DNA of 64,000 bases from Candidatus Krumholzibacteriia bacterium (GTDB taxonomy: Bacteria > Krumholzibacteriota > Krumholzibacteriia > Krumholzibacteriales > Krumholzibacteriaceae). This document shows positions 28,261-38,175 of this stretch, piece by piece. The stretch covers positions 96,001-160,000 of the forward strand of contig CAWIIQ010000002.1 in NCBI GenBank assembly GCA_963836185.1. The letters are read 5' to 3'. The position numbers and the translations under genes were made by a program. The first letter of the stretch is position 1; each line of letters opens with the position of its first letter. Under the pieces are notes generated by a model. It searched no databases, had not been told where the DNA came from, and worked only from the letters and a program-made list of their open reading frames with translations.

Positions 28261-29368
28261 TTCTCCAGGCATATATATCCACGTTCCTTTCTGCAGGACA
28301 AAATGCGCCTACTGTGATTTCTATTCCGTGACAGATTGCGATACTGCCGAAAGGTACATTCGCGCCGTTGAGACAGAGGCAGAACTGCGGGGCGAGGAGA
28401 TCTCCGGGCCAGCCGGGTCGCTCTATGTCGGAGGGGGGACTCCCTCGGCGATCGACCCGGAGCTTGTCTCGATGTTGCCGGGGATCGTATCCCGGTCGCA
28501 CGGCCTCGAGTCCGGAGCGGAAATCACGATCGAGGTCAACCCCGACGATATAACGCCGGCCGCGCTCGAGGCGTATCTCGCCGCCGGATTCAACCGGATA
28601 AGCATCGGTGTCCAGTCGTTCGACGACGAGGAACTGGCGTTTCTCGGAAGGCGCCACGACGCCTCTGGAGCCGCGGCGGCGATTGAAGCGGCCAGAGGAG
28701 CTGGCTTCGGAAGTATCGGGATCGATCTTATCTTCGGGTCCGCGCGGCAGACTGTCGAGAGCTGGAGAGAAAGCCTGGACAGGGCTCTCGGATTCGAACT
28801 CGAGCACATCTCGTGTTATCAGCTCACACTTGAGCCAGGTACGCCTCTCGGAGAGAGGATGCTGGCCGGCGATTCAGTCTGCGCTGAGGAAGAGGTCCAG
28901 AGGGAGATGTTCCTTGAGGCTTCGAGTGTGCTCTCCGGCGGAGGCTATACTCACTACGAGGTCTCGAACTTCGCCCGGGGCGGGGAGAATCGCTCGAGGC
29001 ACAACACACGTTACTGGAGCAGGGTGCCGTATCTCGGCCTCGGCCCTTCGGCACATTCGTTCGACGGCCGGGTCAGGCGCTGGAACCACAATTCTGTGGA
29101 CATGTGGCTCGGTGCGCTTGAAAGGGGAGAGATCCCTCTCGGTGGTGAGGAAGAGCTCACCGTTGATCAGGTAAGGGCCGAACGGCTGATGCTCGGGTTC
29201 AGGACGGTGCTGGGCGTCGAGACAGAGCTTCTCAGGGAACACCCCGGCTGGGAGGAGACTCTCGAGGAGCTTCTCGAGATCCCCCTCGCGACTGTCGAAG
29301 ATGACCGGGTCGTTCCGAACGTCGAGGGATTCCTCGTCGCCGATCAACTGCCGCTTCTGTTCATGTGA
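28253..29368 (+). CDS. hemW: Radical SAM heme chaperone HemW
   Basis: YIHVPFCRTKCAYCDF, GGGTPS, YEVSNF, HNxxYW (HNTRYW); overlaps the lepA stop. Confidence 0.92.
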   Translation: MNDSPGIYIHVPFCRTKCAYCDFYSVTDCDTAERYIRAVETEAELRGEEISGPAGSLYVGGGTPSAIDPELVSMLPGIVSRSHGLESGAEITIEVNPDDITPAALEAYLAAGFNRISIGVQSFDDEELAFLGRRHDASGAAAAIEAARGAGFGSIGIDLIFGSARQTVESWRESLDRALGFELEHISCYQLTLEPGTPLGERMLAGDSVCAEEEVQREMFLEASSVLSGGGYTHYEVSNFARGGENRSRHNTRYWSRVPYLGLGPSAHSFDGRVRRWNHNSVDMWLGALERGEIPLGGEEELTVDQVRAERLMLGFRTVLGVETELLREHPGWEETLEELLEIPLATVEDDRVVPNVEGFLVADQLPLLFM

Positions 29369-29462
29369 CCCTGGATTTCTCTCATTGTCATATTGGATGA
29401 TATCCGATAAAGTGCCGGGCGGAAAGACGCAACAGCGGCGGGGACAGCTTTGCAGGGGGATC

Positions 29463-30242
29463 ATGTCCGGAACGATGCAGGCCAAGGAAACAGTATCCTT
29501 TGAGGAAGTGATCTCCAGGCTGCCTGCCGCCTTCCGCCTCGCTGAGTTGCGGTTGAAAAGGCTCAGATCTCTCATCGACATACCGGATAACGCCAGGCTG
29601 CTTGATATCGGAGCGGCGCAGGGAGAGTACGTAGCCGCGTACAGGAACCTTGGATATGAGGCTGTCGGCGTCGAACCCTGGGATGAGGCGAGATCGGTCG
29701 CGGCCCGGCTCTCGGAACACCTCTCTGTCCCGCTCGAGATAAGGAAGGGCAGGGCGGAGGAGCTGCCTTTCGAAGACGGGACATTCGATGTCGTGATATG
29801 TACTTCCGTGCTGGAGCATGTCGAGGATCTGGACGCGACGATCTCCGAGGTATACCGGGTGCTCGGGCCGGGCGGCATCTTCTGGTTCAACACTGCCAGC
29901 TCGATATGCCCCCGGACGTCAGAGATAGCCGGATTCCCCCTTTTCGGATGGTATCCCGACCGTCTCAAGATCAGGATAATGAACTGGGCGAAGGTCAAGA
30001 GGCCGGAACTTGTCGGTTATACGGAGAATCCGGCGATACACTGGTTCACTCCCTGGAAAGCCCGGAGGATCCTCAGGAAGCACGGGTTCAGGGAGGTCTA
30101 CGACAGGTGGGATGTCAGCAGGGCCTATACCTCTGCCGGGACCAGAGCGTTTGTCTTCAAGGTGATCGCGGGGGGCGGGAGAATCACGAAATTTCTCGCC
30201 GATGTGATCAAGACAGGATGTAACTACACGGCAGTCAAGTAG
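29463..30242 (+). CDS. Class I SAM-dependent methyltransferase (type 11)
   Basis: LLDIGAAQG, AEELPFEDGTFDVV, VLEHV, RVLGPGG; start uncertain. Confidence 0.8.
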   Translation: MSGTMQAKETVSFEEVISRLPAAFRLAELRLKRLRSLIDIPDNARLLDIGAAQGEYVAAYRNLGYEAVGVEPWDEARSVAARLSEHLSVPLEIRKGRAEELPFEDGTFDVVICTSVLEHVEDLDATISEVYRVLGPGGIFWFNTASSICPRTSEIAGFPLFGWYPDRLKIRIMNWAKVKRPELVGYTENPAIHWFTPWKARRILRKHGFREVYDRWDVSRAYTSAGTRAFVFKVIAGGGRITKFLADVIKTGCNYTAVK

Positions 30243-30250
30243 CGATCCCC

Positions 30251-32257
30251 CTACCTGAGAAGGATCATCTTCTTCGTAAGCGAATGCCCGCCCGATGTCA
30301 TCGTGCAGAAATATACTCCTGATGAGACAGGCCTGCCGTCCGAATCATTTCCGTTCCACACGGCCTCATGTGCTCCTTCCCCGAGACGTTCATCGACGAG
30401 TGTCCTGATGAGCACGCCGCGCGCGTCATAGATACGCAGCCGCACGGAGCCCTCTCTGTCGAGGCCGAAGCGGACCGTCGTCGAGGGATTGAACGGGTTG
30501 GGCCAGTTCTGGGACATGAACGGCAGGGCGGGAGGCGATATGCCCGAGGTGACATTGCTGTGGTCACAGAGGATCCAGCCGTCGGGATCGAACAGGACGG
30601 CTGTGGCAAGTTCCGCTGTCTCGATGATAAACGATTCCTCCGGCTCATCGATCCAGAGGACCGTATCTGCCCCGGCCGTTCCGTACGAGATCCGGAAATC
30701 GACAGGCATCGTATATGACGGTTCGACGAGCTGTCTCACATAGATGGAGAGGAAGTTGCGGCCCTCTTCCTCCCAGGAGTTCCATTGCCACTGGTAGGCA
30801 AGCCTGTCGACGCGGGTCAGCCATGGATCGAAGAACCAGTCAAGCTGTCCGCCGTAGAAGCCCTCGAAAAATGCCTCGAACTCTTCGCTGTCCGCGTTGC
30901 CGTAGCTGAACTGAGGGTCGGCGAGATATGCTCTAGTCGCGTCGAAGAAATCCTCGTCGCCCATCACATGCCTGAGCATGTGAACGATCCACGCGCCCTT
31001 GTCGTAGACTACGCGGTTGAAGTAGTACCACGGATCATCGCTGTCGGGATCGCGCAGCACAGGGCCGTCCCAGTAACCCGGCGTGTCCATCGTCTCCATG
31101 TATGCCTTCAGGTCCCCCGGGCCGCCGAGATGCTCGAACCAGAGGGCCTCGGTGTAACTCGCCCAGCCTTCGTTGAGCCAGATGTGGGTCCAGTCGGCGC
31201 AGGTGACCTGGTCACCGAACCACTGGTGCCCCAGCTCGTGGATCCAGAGCCAGTCGTACCTGTGATCGCCGGTCAGGAGCATCGATCCATAGCTCGTAAG
31301 GGTCTGGTGCTCCATCCCCCCGCCTACCTGGCAGATGGCGACGCCGTATTTTTCGTTGACGAACGGATACATCCCGTAGAGCGATGAGAAGAAATCGAGG
31401 GCTGGAACCGAGATATCCAGGTCGATCGCCGCTTGCGCCGCGAGGTGCGGGTATACGTAATTGGTCACCTGCATAGTCTCGCCGGGCGCGTAGATGAACT
31501 GATCGGTCAAGAGGGTGTATTCCGATGCCGAGATCGAGAAGAGATAGGTGGACATGTCGTAATTTTCTTTCCACGTGTACCGACTGAACGGCTCGCCCCA
31601 GCATATCGTGTCGGCCTGGCCGATGAAGTCACCGTTTGAAGCGGCGAACATGCCGGGCCTGACGGACAGGGCGATATCGAATGTCGCCTTGTCGTCGGGA
31701 TAATCCTTGCACGGCCACCACGTCCTGGCGCTCCACGGCTCGCTCAGCGAGTAGATGACCCGGCCCGAATCATGGGTCCTTATAAACAGCCCCGTATCCG
31801 GAGCCATAGTCGGACTGCCCTCGTAGAAGACCGTTACAGTCGTCCGCTCTCCCGAGGCGAGGCCGGCCGGCAGATCAACGGTGAGGACATCTCCGTTTCG
31901 CGAGAATCCGAGGGGCCCGGACCCTTCCTCCTCGACCGAGAGTATCGAAAGGACCGGATCGGCGTTGAGATCGATCTGGAAAAGGGAGTCGGCTGCGCTC
32001 TCGACGATGACGGTCACTCTTCCCTCGACCAGGCCCGAAATCTCGTCAAAGGCGATATCGACGTCGTAGTGTATCGCGTCGAAGAGCATCTGTCCGGGTG
32101 TCGGTTGCGGCGCCAGCAACAGAGACCGGCCCGGGGAACTCAGCGGCCGGTCGAACTTTACAAGCAGATCTCTGTCTATCGCCCCGAACCTGTCCTGGGC
32201 TCCGGCCGCGGAAGCGGCGAGCAGGATGAAGATCAACGGGAAAACAGTTCGTCTCAT
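30251..32257 (-). CDS. Secreted M1 aminopeptidase with C-terminal FlgD-Ig/T9SS-like domain
   Basis: GGMEH, HELGHQWFG-x-NEG, YDKG; MSQNWPNPFNP...KKMILLR; signal peptide. Confidence 0.92.
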   Translation of the reverse strand: MRRTVFPLIFILLAASAAGAQDRFGAIDRDLLVKFDRPLSSPGRSLLLAPQPTPGQMLFDAIHYDVDIAFDEISGLVEGRVTVIVESAADSLFQIDLNADPVLSILSVEEEGSGPLGFSRNGDVLTVDLPAGLASGERTTVTVFYEGSPTMAPDTGLFIRTHDSGRVIYSLSEPWSARTWWPCKDYPDDKATFDIALSVRPGMFAASNGDFIGQADTICWGEPFSRYTWKENYDMSTYLFSISASEYTLLTDQFIYAPGETMQVTNYVYPHLAAQAAIDLDISVPALDFFSSLYGMYPFVNEKYGVAICQVGGGMEHQTLTSYGSMLLTGDHRYDWLWIHELGHQWFGDQVTCADWTHIWLNEGWASYTEALWFEHLGGPGDLKAYMETMDTPGYWDGPVLRDPDSDDPWYYFNRVVYDKGAWIVHMLRHVMGDEDFFDATRAYLADPQFSYGNADSEEFEAFFEGFYGGQLDWFFDPWLTRVDRLAYQWQWNSWEEEGRNFLSIYVRQLVEPSYTMPVDFRISYGTAGADTVLWIDEPEESFIIETAELATAVLFDPDGWILCDHSNVTSGISPPALPFMSQNWPNPFNPSTTVRFGLDREGSVRLRIYDARGVLIRTLVDERLGEGAHEAVWNGNDSDGRPVSSGVYFCTMTSGGHSLTKKMILLR

Positions 32258-32415
32258 TCGTAACTCCCTCAATTACATTCGGTTGTGTTGTTAATTATAC
32301 TATTTCCAGCCTTTTTAAGCAAATGCTCCGGGTCCCTTTGCGCTTTCAATGCGGGGAGAGCTAACTTATAATCCCATTCTGGTCAAGGAGATATGAGCGT
32401 GGAGCGGAGAATGTT

Positions 32416-33777
32416 TTGATAGCGGACAGATTCAGGATCAGCAATGCCCTGAGGGATATCATCGCGAACACCGGATGGCTGTTCGGGCTGAGAATACTGA
32501 GGATGCTCTTTGCCCTCTTTGTAATGGCCTGGGTGGCTAGATATCTTGGCACGGAAGAGTACGGCATCCTCCAGTACGGAATCGCTTTCATGGGCCTTTT
32601 CGTACCGTTCGCCACCCTGGGCCTGCAGCAGATAGTAGTCCGGGATATCGTCCGTGAACCGGAAGCGAGGGATGAGATCCTCGGCACGACCTTCGTCATG
32701 AGGGTGATCGGGGGCCTGGCCGGATTTCTGTTCGTCCTGGTAGCGATATACTTCGTCAGGGAGGGACGCACTGTACGTCTTGTCACGGGTATCGCCGCCC
32801 TGACGCTCTTCCTTCAGGCCTTCGAGTGCATAGACATGTGGTTCCAGTCACAGGTCCAGTCGAAGTATACGGTGATCGCCAAGAGTGTCTCCCTTGTCGT
32901 GGCCAATGTGTTGAGGATCCTGGCGATCCTGATGCTGGCTCCAGTCGCGGCCTTTTCCGTAATACTCGTCATAAGTGTCATCATCTCGAGCACCGGCCTC
33001 GTGATCGCCTACAGATCGAAAGGGCACTCCCTGAGAAACTGGCGATTCAGCGGGGGCAGGGCCAGGAAACTGCTCGGACAGTCGTGGATGCTTATCCTCA
33101 CGGGCGCCTTTTCGGTCATCTACTTCAAGATAGACCAGGTGATGCTGGGGCAGATAGCGGGTGATGAGGAAGTCGGGGTCTATGCCGCGGCGACGCGCCT
33201 TTCCGAGGTCTGGTACTTCATTCCGACTGCCATCGTGACTTCCGTCTTCCCCGCACTGATCAAGGCGAAGGGGAGGGGCGAGAAGATCTACTATGCCAGG
33301 CTCCAGCGCCTATACGATTTCCTCGCGTGGCTGGGGCTGGCGGTGGCGGTCTTTTTCACATTCGCCTCGAACAGGGCGATCCTCATGATATTCGGCGACC
33401 AGTACGCGGCGGCGGGCCCGATCCTGGCAGTGCATATATGGGCCGGTGTCTTCATCTTCCTCAAGGTGGCGATGGGCCGCTGGCTGCTGAACGAAGGCAG
33501 ACTCGCCTTTCTCTTCATAAGCAGCGCTGTCGGGGCGATAATCAATGTAGCGCTTAATATCCCCCTGATACCGCGATACGGAGGGATGGGGGCCGCTGTG
33601 GCTACTGTCATCTCTTACGCGGTGGCGGGGCTCCTGGTCTGTTTCTTCTACAGACCAACGTGGCGTAACGGCTGGATGATGACAAAGGCCCTGCTGGTCC
33701 CGTTCAGGTCGCTTGCTCTTCTGGCAGGAAAGGGAGGAGCCGGAGGCGGCGATTCGGAGAAAACGGATGATGAATAG
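32416..33777 (+). CDS. wzx: Polysaccharide flippase (Wzx/MOP family)
   Basis: ARYLG..EYG, IDQVML, VGVYAAA, LIPRYGGMGAAVAT; multi-TM. Confidence 0.9.
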   Translation: MIADRFRISNALRDIIANTGWLFGLRILRMLFALFVMAWVARYLGTEEYGILQYGIAFMGLFVPFATLGLQQIVVRDIVREPEARDEILGTTFVMRVIGGLAGFLFVLVAIYFVREGRTVRLVTGIAALTLFLQAFECIDMWFQSQVQSKYTVIAKSVSLVVANVLRILAILMLAPVAAFSVILVISVIISSTGLVIAYRSKGHSLRNWRFSGGRARKLLGQSWMLILTGAFSVIYFKIDQVMLGQIAGDEEVGVYAAATRLSEVWYFIPTAIVTSVFPALIKAKGRGEKIYYARLQRLYDFLAWLGLAVAVFFTFASNRAILMIFGDQYAAAGPILAVHIWAGVFIFLKVAMGRWLLNEGRLAFLFISSAVGAIINVALNIPLIPRYGGMGAAVATVISYAVAGLLVCFFYRPTWRNGWMMTKALLVPFRSLALLAGKGGAGGGDSEKTDDE

Positions 33778-35653
33778 GAATATGACAGACCGATCGTTCC
33801 CTGTTGTAATGCTGGTGATACTCGCTGCCGCCGCCGCGGTAAGGATCGCCTTCCTCATTCAGCTCTCGGGAAGCGACCTCGCGGAGATGCTTCCCCTCGA
33901 CATGCGTTTCTACCATGACCTGGGCGCGGCGCTGGCGTCGGGCAGAGGATTGCCCCCGGGCGGGCTGACCTTCAATCCCCTGTATCCTTTCTTCCTTGCC
34001 GCCGTCTTCAGGTTCTTCGGAGAGGGCCTGATGGCGCCGAGGATCATTCAGGCGCTCGCCGGGATCCTGACGATCTGGATGATCTTCCTGTCCGCGAGAC
34101 TGCTCGCTGACGGCCCGGATGGAGACAGGTCCCGGGGCGGATCGAGGGGGGACATCGCCGGCATTGCCGCCGCCGCGATCGCCCTTCTCTATCCACAGCT
34201 GCTTCTGTACGAGGGGAGCCTGCTCGCGACCTCTCTTGTCACACTGGTCATGGCCGCATCGTTCTGGACGGTGCTCAAGATCTCACACGCCCTGCGCGCC
34301 GGTGAGATAAAGGTCTGGCGGCGGACCGTCCCGTTCCCTGCCGCGGCGGTATTCCTGGGAATACTTGCAGGAGCGGGAATAATGGGAAGGCCCAATATAT
34401 TTCTCTTCCTTGCTCCCCTTCTGGCGGCCTGGCTGTTTTTCGCCGCGGGCCGGGACGGGAAGAGATGGAAGCTGACCCTGCTGTATGCAGCCGGGCTTGT
34501 CGTCATCCTCGTCCCAGCATCGGTATACAACGCCTCGAAAGGGGGTACGCCGGCGCCTGTGGCCTCACATGGGGGGATCAACCTTTACGTCGGCAACATG
34601 CGGGGGGCAGGAGGGCTGTATGATCCGCCCGAGGGGATGCGACGCGATATGCGGGGCCTGATCGAGGATTCGAAGGCAGTTGCGGAAAGGATCTCGGGCA
34701 GGAAGCTCAGTGACGCTGAAGTGTCGGCGTTCTGGTCGGCCCGCGCCCGCGAGAGGATCGTCACCGATACGGGCGGCTGGCTCGTCCTCCTCGGCCGCAA
34801 GGCTCTGCTCTTCTGGAACGGAGGAGAATTCGGAGACATCGTCAATGTCGATCTCATGCGGAAGGAATGCCCCGTATTCAGGGTGCTGATCGTCAGATTC
34901 GCGCTGATCTCGGCGCTGGCGCTGGCAGGGATGATCCTTGTCGTCAGGTACAGTTCCGGGAGATGGCCGTTTATGATATTCCTCGCGTCGTCCATGGCGG
35001 CCATAGTCTTTTTCTACTTCAATTCGCGGTACAGGATGCCGTCGGTCCCGGTTCTCGCAGTATCGGCCGGATATTTTATCGCCTGGATGATCGAAAAGAT
35101 GTCGGGGCGCCGGTGGAAGGAACTCGCCGCAGCTGTGACAGTAGCGCTTTTCTTCTTCGTGACTGTTTCCGGAAGGGAAATGTTCATAGTGAACAACAGC
35201 GCGGCATATACCTTCCTCGGCAATCATTACATGACTTCCGGCGATCAGGATAAGGCGATGGAAGCTTTTTCCGAGGCGCTGAGGCTCGATCCGGAAAGCG
35301 TCGAAAACAGGATAAACTTCGCGAGGGTGCTAAGCAGGGCCGGGGACAGGGAACAGGCTCGTGAACACTATGAGCTCGCATGGAAGGCCGCTCCGGATTT
35401 TCCGCGTCTCGCGCTCGAATACGGGTATCTTCTCGACGAACTGGGGATGCGGGCAGAGGCCAGGGTGTTGTACAATCATGCGTGGGATTCCGGGCGAAGG
35501 AACGAGATGGTCACAGCCTGCAAGCTTCTCTCCCGGATAGCGTACGCCGAGGGTGATGGAGATGCGGCGATTAAGTGGATAAGAAGAGCGCTCGAGCTGG
35601 TTCCGGGGGATGAAGAACTCCTCGGTATTCTGCAGAGGCTCGAGGGGTCATAG
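33767..35653 (+). CDS. GT-C (GT39/PMT-like) membrane glycosyltransferase with C-terminal TPRs
   Basis: LDMRFY, PLYP, GRPN, GGINLYVGN, RYRMP; TPR-like AxxAFxEALRLDP. Confidence 0.75.
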   Translation: MMNRNMTDRSFPVVMLVILAAAAAVRIAFLIQLSGSDLAEMLPLDMRFYHDLGAALASGRGLPPGGLTFNPLYPFFLAAVFRFFGEGLMAPRIIQALAGILTIWMIFLSARLLADGPDGDRSRGGSRGDIAGIAAAAIALLYPQLLLYEGSLLATSLVTLVMAASFWTVLKISHALRAGEIKVWRRTVPFPAAAVFLGILAGAGIMGRPNIFLFLAPLLAAWLFFAAGRDGKRWKLTLLYAAGLVVILVPASVYNASKGGTPAPVASHGGINLYVGNMRGAGGLYDPPEGMRRDMRGLIEDSKAVAERISGRKLSDAEVSAFWSARARERIVTDTGGWLVLLGRKALLFWNGGEFGDIVNVDLMRKECPVFRVLIVRFALISALALAGMILVVRYSSGRWPFMIFLASSMAAIVFFYFNSRYRMPSVPVLAVSAGYFIAWMIEKMSGRRWKELAAAVTVALFFFVTVSGREMFIVNNSAAYTFLGNHYMTSGDQDKAMEAFSEALRLDPESVENRINFARVLSRAGDREQAREHYELAWKAAPDFPRLALEYGYLLDELGMRAEARVLYNHAWDSGRRNEMVTACKLLSRIAYAEGDGDAAIKWIRRALELVPGDEELLGILQRLEGS

Positions 35654-35665
35654 AAAGGTATATGG

Positions 35666-36778
35666 ATGCTGACTTTTCTGGCGTTGCTTCTGCGCAGCAA
35701 GAAGACGATCGTGATCGCGGCCGTGGCCGGGTTCATCATATCCGCCGCCATAAGCATGGTCCTGCCGTCAAAATACAAATCGGCCGGAGCCTTTATCCCC
35801 GGCGGCGTCGAACGGGAACTGACCGGATCTAACAGCTTTCTGTCAAGTCTGGGCACATTCAGCGAAACGTATACGACCTTCATCCGTGTAAGCAGGAACT
35901 ACGTTATAGATTACATCATGAGAAGCCAGAGGATGGCCGAGATGATGGATTCGCGGTTCGACCTCAGGAGATTGTACGGCAAGGATACGGTCACTGAAGC
36001 GAGGCGGGAGCTCAAGAAAAGGACCTACGTCAATGTCAGGGATGAGGGAGTGCTCGAGATAATGGTCGAGGCGTCCGACGCCGTGCTCGCGAGAGATATG
36101 GTCGCCGCCTACCTGGAATTCGTCGACAGCATCCTCGTCGGGCTCAACGTAGAAAGCGCCGAGGTGAAGATCGCCTATCTCGAGAGGGATATCGCCCGCA
36201 GAGAACTCGCGAGGGCGGAGGCAGACTCGATCCTGACCGAATTCATGGTTTCCAGGGGCGTCTTCGAGATCGAAAGCCAGGCAAAGGCCGCGTTCCAGAT
36301 CATCGGCGCGCTTACTGCCAGAGTGAGTTCTCTCGAAGTAGAGAGAGACATGATAGCAATGACGAGGCGTGAAGGATCGATGGATCTCAAGCAGATTGAC
36401 CTGGAGATCGAGATGCTCAAGGCCGAGATCGACAGGGCCACCGAGTCCGGTGGCGGCGGGGATCTCTTCCCGGCTCTTTCCGACATGCCGGGGCTCGCTG
36501 CCGAATATCTCGGTATGGTGGCCGAGAGGATGGCGCAGGAATTCTCGCTTGCCTATGTGAGGCTGAAGCTCGAGGACTCCAGGATCTACGCGAACAACAC
36601 GGTCAGCGCGATCCGTGTCATCGACCCTCCAGTGGTCCCGGAGAAGAGGAGCTGGCCGAAGAGAAAGCAGATCGTAATAGTCCTGACGATGGCGAGCGTG
36701 TTCTGGGCCTGTTTTGTCATACTGGTCCGTGAACAGATATCGTCGGCAAAAGATATCCCGGAGGAAACGGGCGGATGA
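35666..36778 (+). CDS. Wzz/polysaccharide co-polymerase (chain-length determinant)
   Basis: N- and C-terminal TMs, coiled coil, VIDPPVVPEKRSWPKR. Confidence 0.85.
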   Translation: MLTFLALLLRSKKTIVIAAVAGFIISAAISMVLPSKYKSAGAFIPGGVERELTGSNSFLSSLGTFSETYTTFIRVSRNYVIDYIMRSQRMAEMMDSRFDLRRLYGKDTVTEARRELKKRTYVNVRDEGVLEIMVEASDAVLARDMVAAYLEFVDSILVGLNVESAEVKIAYLERDIARRELARAEADSILTEFMVSRGVFEIESQAKAAFQIIGALTARVSSLEVERDMIAMTRREGSMDLKQIDLEIEMLKAEIDRATESGGGGDLFPALSDMPGLAAEYLGMVAERMAQEFSLAYVRLKLEDSRIYANNTVSAIRVIDPPVVPEKRSWPKRKQIVIVLTMASVFWACFVILVREQISSAKDIPEETGG

Positions 36779-38175
36779 AGATGGAATTGCCTGACAACCT
36801 CCATGACGGCGGAGAAGGCGAGGGTGGTCCCCGGCGGTTTTCCTGGCGCCTTGCCGGCGCGGCTCTCCTTGCGGCAGTGTTGATCGCCGCTATGGCACTG
36901 TTCCTTCCGTCCGGGGCGATAATGCTTCTGCTGATGACAATTCTCGCTCTGCCGATGATACTCTACCTGACGTCGAAGCCGGAATATGTCCTGGCGATCA
37001 TGCTATTTTTCAGACTCTCGAACCTCGATATATTCCTGCCGATGAGGCTTATCAGGCCTCTTTCAGTGATGATGCTGGCCGCGCTGCTCGCGGCCAGGCT
37101 CGATGGCCGTAAGCTGGTCTTCCGTGACAGGACCCTTGTCATTCTGATAGTCGCTTTTATGCTTACGGCCTTTCACACGATCGCGTTCGCCGAGGACCTC
37201 CCGGAATCGGTGAGAGTGCTTGAGATTTTGACAGGCATATTCATTGTGATCGGCGCTGCCCTGCTCATGGCAGGGTCCAGGAAGTATTTTCTCGAATTTC
37301 TCATCGTCCTGGCCGCCGCGACGATGATCAGTGATTTTCTTCCATTCATCCTCCCGCCCCCAGGCGATTATGCGTCAAAGACACTCATGTGGGGAGAGGG
37401 TGTTCTTCGTTACGAAGGATATCAATTCGAGGCAAACACATTTGCCTTTCACCAGATCTTCATCATCCCCATCCTGCTATTCCTCATGACCAGGTTCGAC
37501 AGGCCCAGGATCGTCCGGCCCCTTATCTTCGCCGCGATTGCCGGGTCGGTATTTGTGCTGATGCTCAGTTTTTCCCGCGGCGGGTTTGTCGGTCTGCTGG
37601 TGATCCTGATAGTGCTGCTGATCGTCGAGAGAAAAAACCGCACGGTCATGACGATAGCGGTGGCGGGTGTAGTCGTCCTGCTCGCGGCCGCGCCTGGACT
37701 CTACTGGGAACGCGTCATCTCCGCGTATGAGGCATCGCAGCATATCACGGAAGATTATTCGGTCATGGTGAGGGTCCAGACAATGAAAGTCGCCGCTATC
37801 CTCGGAGCGAAGAATCCGGTGTTCGGCGTCGGAATAGGAAACTTCATTGCGCAGGCGTCGCGCTACCTTCCTTTTACGAAGGCCGTACATAACGCTTACC
37901 TGCAGGTATTTTCCGAGATGGGAGTGCCCGGCCTCCTGATAGTCTCGTCGATCTTTATCAGAAATATCTTTATAGCCAGGTCGATGATGGGTTCGACCCG
38001 GAACCGGGACAGGGCCAGGCTCGGCAGGTTCCTGATGATCCAGCAGATCGCGGTGACGGTGACGGCGATGTTCATCCCGATCGCGTACGAATTCATCTTC
38101 TGGCTTCCGATGGTGATACCGTCCATCGCGAACATCGCCTATTCGGAGAAGACCGCCGAACCTGAACGTCCGTAG
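36775..38175 (+). CDS. O-antigen ligase/Wzy_C family protein
   Basis: SFSRGG, GVGIGNF, HNAYLQVFSEMG; multi-TM. Confidence 0.88.
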   Translation: MKMELPDNLHDGGEGEGGPRRFSWRLAGAALLAAVLIAAMALFLPSGAIMLLLMTILALPMILYLTSKPEYVLAIMLFFRLSNLDIFLPMRLIRPLSVMMLAALLAARLDGRKLVFRDRTLVILIVAFMLTAFHTIAFAEDLPESVRVLEILTGIFIVIGAALLMAGSRKYFLEFLIVLAAATMISDFLPFILPPPGDYASKTLMWGEGVLRYEGYQFEANTFAFHQIFIIPILLFLMTRFDRPRIVRPLIFAAIAGSVFVLMLSFSRGGFVGLLVILIVLLIVERKNRTVMTIAVAGVVVLLAAAPGLYWERVISAYEASQHITEDYSVMVRVQTMKVAAILGAKNPVFGVGIGNFIAQASRYLPFTKAVHNAYLQVFSEMGVPGLLIVSSIFIRNIFIARSMMGSTRNRDRARLGRFLMIQQIAVTVTAMFIPIAYEFIFWLPMVIPSIANIAYSEKTAEPERP